Shown here: one piece after another, positions 59,718 to 64,000 of the stretch
How the letters are laid out: each line of letters starts with the position of its first letter
Numbering within the stretch: position 1 is the first letter of the stretch
Origin: Lytechinus pictus
Taxonomy: Eukaryota
DNA: 64,000 nucleotides
Assembly: GCF_037042905.1 (NCBI RefSeq)
Contig: NC_087247.1
Location: forward strand, 11,354,148 to 11,418,147
Reading direction: 5' to 3'
Translations under genes and position numbers: made by a program
Notes under the pieces: generated by a model
Database searches by the model: none
What the model saw: the letters and a program-made list of their open reading frames with translations, nothing else
Told to the model about the DNA's origin: nothing

Positions 59718-59887
59718 TTTGGTTTTCTGCTAGGTGTGATGGGCGCACGAGCGCTTTGGGGTGTCCTGGGAGTGCGTGGGGTACGTGGTGCTACCGGCGG
59801 AGGCATCAACTCCTTCTTCTGTCTCTCCAACATAGCATCGGCCTCCGTCTGTACATCCATGCCATTCACCCTGTCCGGCTTGAAAAC
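59718..59887 (-). CDS. KIF23: KIF23 exon: VFKPDRVNGMDVQTEADAMLERQKKELMPPPVAPRTPRTPRTPQSARAPITPSRKP(+2 nt). The long loop-6 insertion typical of kinesin-6.
   Basis: Acceptor cttgtgtag|GTTTTCAAG; donor CCAAA|gttagtac. Collinear with human [27 protein letters not shown]. Confidence 0.75.
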
Positions 59888-60460
59888 CTACACAAGATTA
59901 ACAAATGTTTTGAGTCAAGATTATGAAAATGGTTGATGAAGAAATTAAAATTTTCAACTTTTCAGTTTTCTATACTTACAGTTGTAATCTTTCTAGTCTT
60001 GAATAAGGGATACCCTAGTCTTACTTCTGACAAGTTAATTTTCTGTAAACACTTATCCAATTGTGATTTACTATTTAACCAGATATGTACATGTAGGACT
60101 GTGTGACTACACCAAAATGTCACTTTTCTTCAGTTGTGCAAGGTTTTGTAGTAGAGTGGAACTCGCATAAGTCGAATCTCTTGGGACTGGAGTTAGGATA
60201 GTGATTTTCCATTTACTGGAAAAGCAAAACAGAAAATTTGTTTTGGTTCTTTACTTTTCACTTGGAAATTCATACAATATATAACTTTGAAAATATTCAT
60301 CTTTTTTTAATGACAAAATAGAATTTCCATTTTAGATCAAATTTGGAAATGAAATAAACAAGCTTTCGGAAATTGAAAATTCACTGTCCCTTCTGGAGGA
60401 TTGACAAATTCTGAAAATCTGTTCGATGGTGGTTGGTACGTATTGATGATAATAACTTAC

Positions 60461-60597
60461 ATATTTCCTGGCCTGTAGATCACCGAGGCTGTTGAAAAGG
60501 ACATCAAGACACCTCGGCAGGACTCCTCCGTCCGTGGGTGTCCCCTGCATGGTGTACGTCTTACCCGACCCCGTCACTCCATACATAAACAGCAAAG
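60461..60597 (-). CDS. KIF23: KIF23 exon: (S)[46 protein letters not shown]-loop plus the kinesin-6-specific loop-6 start.
   Basis: Acceptor tttctttttcag|CTTTGCTG; donor GAAATAT|gtaagtt. GxxxxGKT Walker A. LPRCLD..FNS matches the MKLP1 insertion. Confidence 0.9.
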
Positions 60598-61205
60598 CTG
60601 AAAAAGAAATCAGGATGAAAATGGATGAATACTGATAACACCAAGTTACATTGAGAATGTATTCATCCTCAGAAAAAAATTAGTAACTGCAAGGCCAAAC
60701 CTTCAATGAATGATTCCCCACTATACTTTCTAAAACCTGGTAAAGTTGTATACTAAATTTAAGATATCTGGTAACGGCCAATCATCTGAAATGATATTGG
60801 CAACAAATCAATACCAAAGTAATGATATTCATCTAAGAGCCTTGAAATACAAAGAGATAAAATCAATACATGTATTTATAAACAATTACAATTTGTACAT
60901 GATTTGCCACATAAATAAAAACAAAATTAATTCTACTGTCCAATGTTTCTTTTAGTTTCAGAGCTAAGGGCTCTGTAAAGTTACAGAAAAATCCTAACAG
61001 TATCTTCAAAACATTAGAAAATTATGAATATCAAAATGTGAATCCCATATGTGATTAAAAGTATAATTGATCAATTTTGACAAGTTTTACATTCACAAGA
61101 GCAATAAAATCCAATTCATCAAACTGTTTTTACAACTAAAATATAACTTTGTTGTTTTATAATGGGTTAGGAAGTGATAGTTGGTAATCTAAAAAGATAA
61201 CTTAC

Positions 61206-61311
61206 AATTCTTTCCATGGAGAAGGTCTTCAACCAATGGCAGTGCGATGCTGTCATACACTGCTTTCTGCGAGTATTCCTCGCTGAAAACAAATTTGAAG
61301 ACATGCTGTGT
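61206..61311 (-). CDS. KIF23: KIF23 exon: TQHVFKFVFSEEYSQKAVYDSIALPLVEDLLHGKN(+1 nt).
   Basis: Acceptor ttcttacag|ACACAG; donor GAATT|gtaagtt. Classic kinesin FxFDxVF..Q..VY....PLV..L.GYN block. Confidence 0.85.
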
Positions 61312-61696
61312 CTGTAAGAAAAAGAGATCATGACCAAGAATTCTATCAATTTGCTCCAAAGCTTTTAAAAACATGATTTTAACAGTACACAAAAACACAT
61401 ATGATGAATATATTTTAATAAAAGATCGCTCATGGAAAGAAAGAGTAATACAAATTGATGAATAAAGTATGGTCAAAAAGGGAAAACATGGAATTCCAAA
61501 TAGGTAGAGAGATACATAGAGAGAGAGAGGGGGGGGGTGGAAGATAGATGGAGAGAGGGGGGGGGTGGAAGATAGATGGAGAGACAGGGAGAGGTGCATG
61601 GAGAAAAGGAAAGGAAGAGATCTATAGATAGCTGGAGAGAGACAGGAAGAAAGCACACTTCACAGACATCATATGAAATGTAAAATGTAAATTTAC

Positions 61697-61732
61697 CTCT
61701 TTGTAATTGCCAGTTCTGAATGCATGAGAACC
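61697..61732 (-). CDS. KIF23: KIF23 micro-exon: GSHAFRTGNYKE.
   Basis: Acceptor cattacag|GGTTCT and donor AAAGAG|gtaaattt. Collinear with the human MKLP1 segment ..EGYRLNRNGDYKE. Confidence 0.7.
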
Positions 61733-61948
61733 CTGTAATGAATAAACAACAGAAGTACTGTAAATAATTTTATAAGTGACTTTGCATTAAGTTTACATTT
61801 TCATTTTCAAGTCAGTTGAGCTACATCATGTATCTCAATATTTAAGTTCCATTTCGTATAAAACTTGAACTGGCGGATTAAGTGGGTTTATGAGAAGCAC
61901 AGATTATTGCAGACATGCATACAAAAAGGCAGAGGTTCTGAATCATAC

Positions 61949-62038
61949 CTCAGGTGGTTTGAGCTGGATTGTGTTGCTGTTGATGACCTCAATACACAGC
62001 TCCTCAATCTCTTGCAGTGGTCGCAACCTGCAGTAAAC
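61949..62038 (-). CDS. KIF23: KIF23 exon (first recognised): VYCRLRPLQEIEELCIEVINSNTIQLKPPE, start of motor domain. Phase 0 at both ends.
   Basis: Acceptor ..tgtgtccgtgtag|GTTTACTGC on minus strand; donor CCTGAG|gtatgatt. Matches the kinesin N-terminal beta1 motif (hV+hRP). Confidence 0.8.
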
Positions 62039-63025
62039 CTACACGGACACAATAGAATACATTTCAAATGAATTAATCAAAGATATATTCATATTTACAT
62101 TTCAACTAACGATGGATTGTGATGGAATGTCAAGTACGATGAAACCTGTCTATAGTGACCACTAGGAACCACCCTTGGAAGGGAAACACAAAATGTGATC
62201 TTTATAGACAGATGGCTGCTATAGACAGGTTCTTATACACACAATCTGCCTCCATGGGAACCAGTTTTAGTGGTCATTGTAGGCAGGTGGCCACTAACAC
62301 AGGTTTAAATGGACATGTACAGTATGTATGTTTTTAATAATTTATGCATAAAAGCATTTTCACATCCCATAAACCCTTATATTTCTTTGAAAAATAAAAG
62401 GAAACAAAACTTTTATCCTCAATTTAAATCCAGCTACCCCCCCCCCCCATAACTGATCCCTAATTATACCATTGTAAGTCAACTTATTTGGAATTTGCTG
62501 GAATACCTGGGGCGGTATTCTGAGGTCATTTTATCTCTCAAATATTTCATTTTATCTCTTAAAATGAAATTGGTATTCTGAGATGACATTTTATCTCTCA
62601 GATAAAATTTACAATTTTTTCTTGCGTATAAATTTTATTTTGGGTATCCATAGATTATACGCAACAGAACTATTGTCTGCGCAGACATACCCTTCGCGTA
62701 TCTGGCCATTGCAACGCGGATGTGTGCTTGCGCCCATGTTACTTTGAAGAAAAAATGAAATAAACTTAAAAGAGGGTAGGGGCTATTTTATCTCTGCGAC
62801 GTTAATTTCACCAATATTTCTAGGTGAATTAACCCAAATGTTGACATCAAAATGAAGAAAAATTATATATTTATTGAGAATAACACCTTAACGTTATTCC
62901 TGTACAATCAGAAAGTATTTCATAAGACTTTTCTTCACTAATATAGTCTTTGAAATGATGCTTGAAAAGATGCGATATAGACTTCGAAAAAAGATGAGAG
63001 TATTGTCATTTTTGTTTAAAAAAAA

Positions 63026-64000
63026 TCTCTGTAAAGACGCGCAAGCGTATACAAAGTCAATAAATTGACGCAATCTCACCCCTTTGCCACACCTCCTGGC
63101 GGAATGGATTTCCATTGGTTGAGTGACATGAGAATGCTATAAAAGCGCGTTTCTATTTGGATATTGATTAAAAAGTAGGTGTGTCTTACAGAGATAAAAT
63201 GAAGATTTTGTTCTCAGAATACCGATTCGGAGAGATTTTAAGGGTATTTTATCTCACTGATTTTAACGGAGATAAAATATTTTATTTTATCTGAGATAAA
63301 ATGTGAGATAAAATGGATCTCAGAATACCACCCCTAGTTTTTAAATGAAATTTGAACAATTTCATGGTATACAGCTTTAAATAACCTCCCATTTTTGCAT
63401 TACAAAAGCAGTGTACTGTTAAGAATAATATCCGTTTATCAACAGATTCTGATTATCTATTTCTACCAGGCATTTAGCTCAATTTTTAAAGTCCCTTAGT
63501 TTTAATGACCTGGTGGGTGTTTCATAAAGCTGTTCGTAAGTTAAGAGCGACTTTAAGAACGACTGGTGATCATTTCTTGTTGTTAATTGTATATTCATTG
63601 GCGATGGTTTAGCGCGTAGGCGATGGTTTAGCGCGTAAGAAATGTTCACCAGTCGTTCTTAAAGTCGCTCTTATTTTACGAACAGCTTTATGAAACGGGC
63701 CCCAGGGGTGGTATTCTGAGATCCATTTTATCTCAGATGAAATAAAATATTTTATATCCGTTAAAATCAGTGAGATAAAATACCCTTAAAATCTCTCCGA
63801 ATTGGTATTCTGAGAACAATTTTATCTTCATTTTATTTCTGTAAGACATACCTACTTTTTAATCAATATCCAAATAGAAACGCGCTTTTATAGCTTTCTC
63901 GTGTCACTCAACCAATTGAAATCCATTCCGCCAGGAGGTGTGGCAAAGGGGTGAGATTGCGTCAATTTATTGACTTAAAAAACGCTTGCACTAAACGCTT
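63026..64000. mobile_element. Long-TIR fold-back element with ~290-bp inverted arms (63026-63330 vs 63700-64000), a nested MITE at 63510-63710, and a related partial arm at 62505-62600. It extends past the window end.
   Basis: 63050-63120 ..tttgccacacctcctggcggaatggatttccattggttgagtgacatgag.. is the reverse complement of 63895-63960. The ggtattctgagatccattttatctcagat motif appears in both orientations. The nested element has TIR GGGTGTTTCATAAAGCTGTTCGTAAG...CTTTATGAAACGGGCCCC. Confidence 0.75.

Larger units (their letters stand above)
42811..62038 (-). other. KIF23: Kinesin-6 (MKLP1/KIF23-like) gene, partial span from first recognised coding exon to stop codon. Upstream Met-containing exon(s) and UTRs not located.
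   Basis: Eighteen exons on the minus strand were assembled by hand. Splice sites are canonical AG/GT, apart from one GTTCGT donor. The concatenated peptide is collinear with kinesin-6 MKLP1: VYCRLRPL start of motor, P-loop GVTGSGKT, switch [10 protein letters not shown], switch [10 protein letters not shown], neck HVMRFAEITQEVQVARP, stalk coiled coil, RLRHRRSRS motif, and C-terminal GEWTDVETR. Confidence 0.85.

Noticed and set aside
61500-61575. Two direct copies of gggggggtggaagatagatggagagag resembling short direct repeats with spacers
   Set aside because: Only two units sit within low-complexity (GA)n in a eukaryotic intron. It is not a CRISPR array; the window is eukaryotic and has no cas context.
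61189-61658. 155-aa minus-strand ORF (..LSLHLSSTPPLSPSIFHPPPLSL..)
   Set aside because: Only its 3' ~35 codons (..QHVFKFVFSEEYSQKAVYDSIALPLVEDLLHGKN) are the real KIF23 exon. The rest reads through the intron and a (GA)n/G-run low-complexity tract at 61500-61640.

Overview
This is eukaryotic (metazoan) genomic DNA, AT-rich and heavily loaded with repeats. It is not a prokaryotic locus: there are no operons, no CRISPR array and no defence-island architecture. It looks like an invertebrate deuterostome genome, possibly echinoderm, but that is a guess from the repeat landscape.

The one convincing protein-coding gene is a kinesin-6 gene on the minus strand, about 42.8-62.0 kb, orthologous to MKLP1/KIF23. 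I resolved 18 coding exons with GT-AG introns by reading the sequence directly. The exon peptides carry KIF23-specific signatures such as ...[23 protein letters not shown]... and ...SGEWTDVETR. The initiator-Met exon was not found; it may lie upstream of 62.04 kb or beyond the window.

The first ~42 kb and the KIF23 introns are a mosaic of mobile and tandem repeats:
- A ~3.65 kb segmental duplication (4.64-8.27 kb vs 8.88-12.56 kb) whose two copies differ by a Harbinger-like MITE insertion (copy A only) and a fold-back inverted duplication with perfect palindromic joints (copy B only).
- Six copies of a TIR-bounded element carrying internal ~150-bp satellite-like arrays.
- tRNA-derived SINEs with different heads but a shared tail motif.
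- A piggyBac-like non-autonomous element with a TTAA target duplication, inserted into a 150-bp tandem array.
- A ~1.85 kb TIR element with CCGAAC/GTTCGG subterminal repeats.
- A 5'-truncated CR1/L2-like LINE RT fragment inside a KIF23 intron.
- Many MITE families with GGGG..GTTTCATRAAG-type termini.
- Several long tandem arrays, including a ~161-bp tandem multiplication of the 3' part of the last KIF23 coding exon including its stop codon.

A CpG-rich segment with two perfect CRE palindromes and a strong splice donor (~36.86-37.06 kb) looks like an unannotated promoter/first exon. No other bona fide coding genes are supportable. All coordinates are hand-counted and may be off by 1-2 nt.
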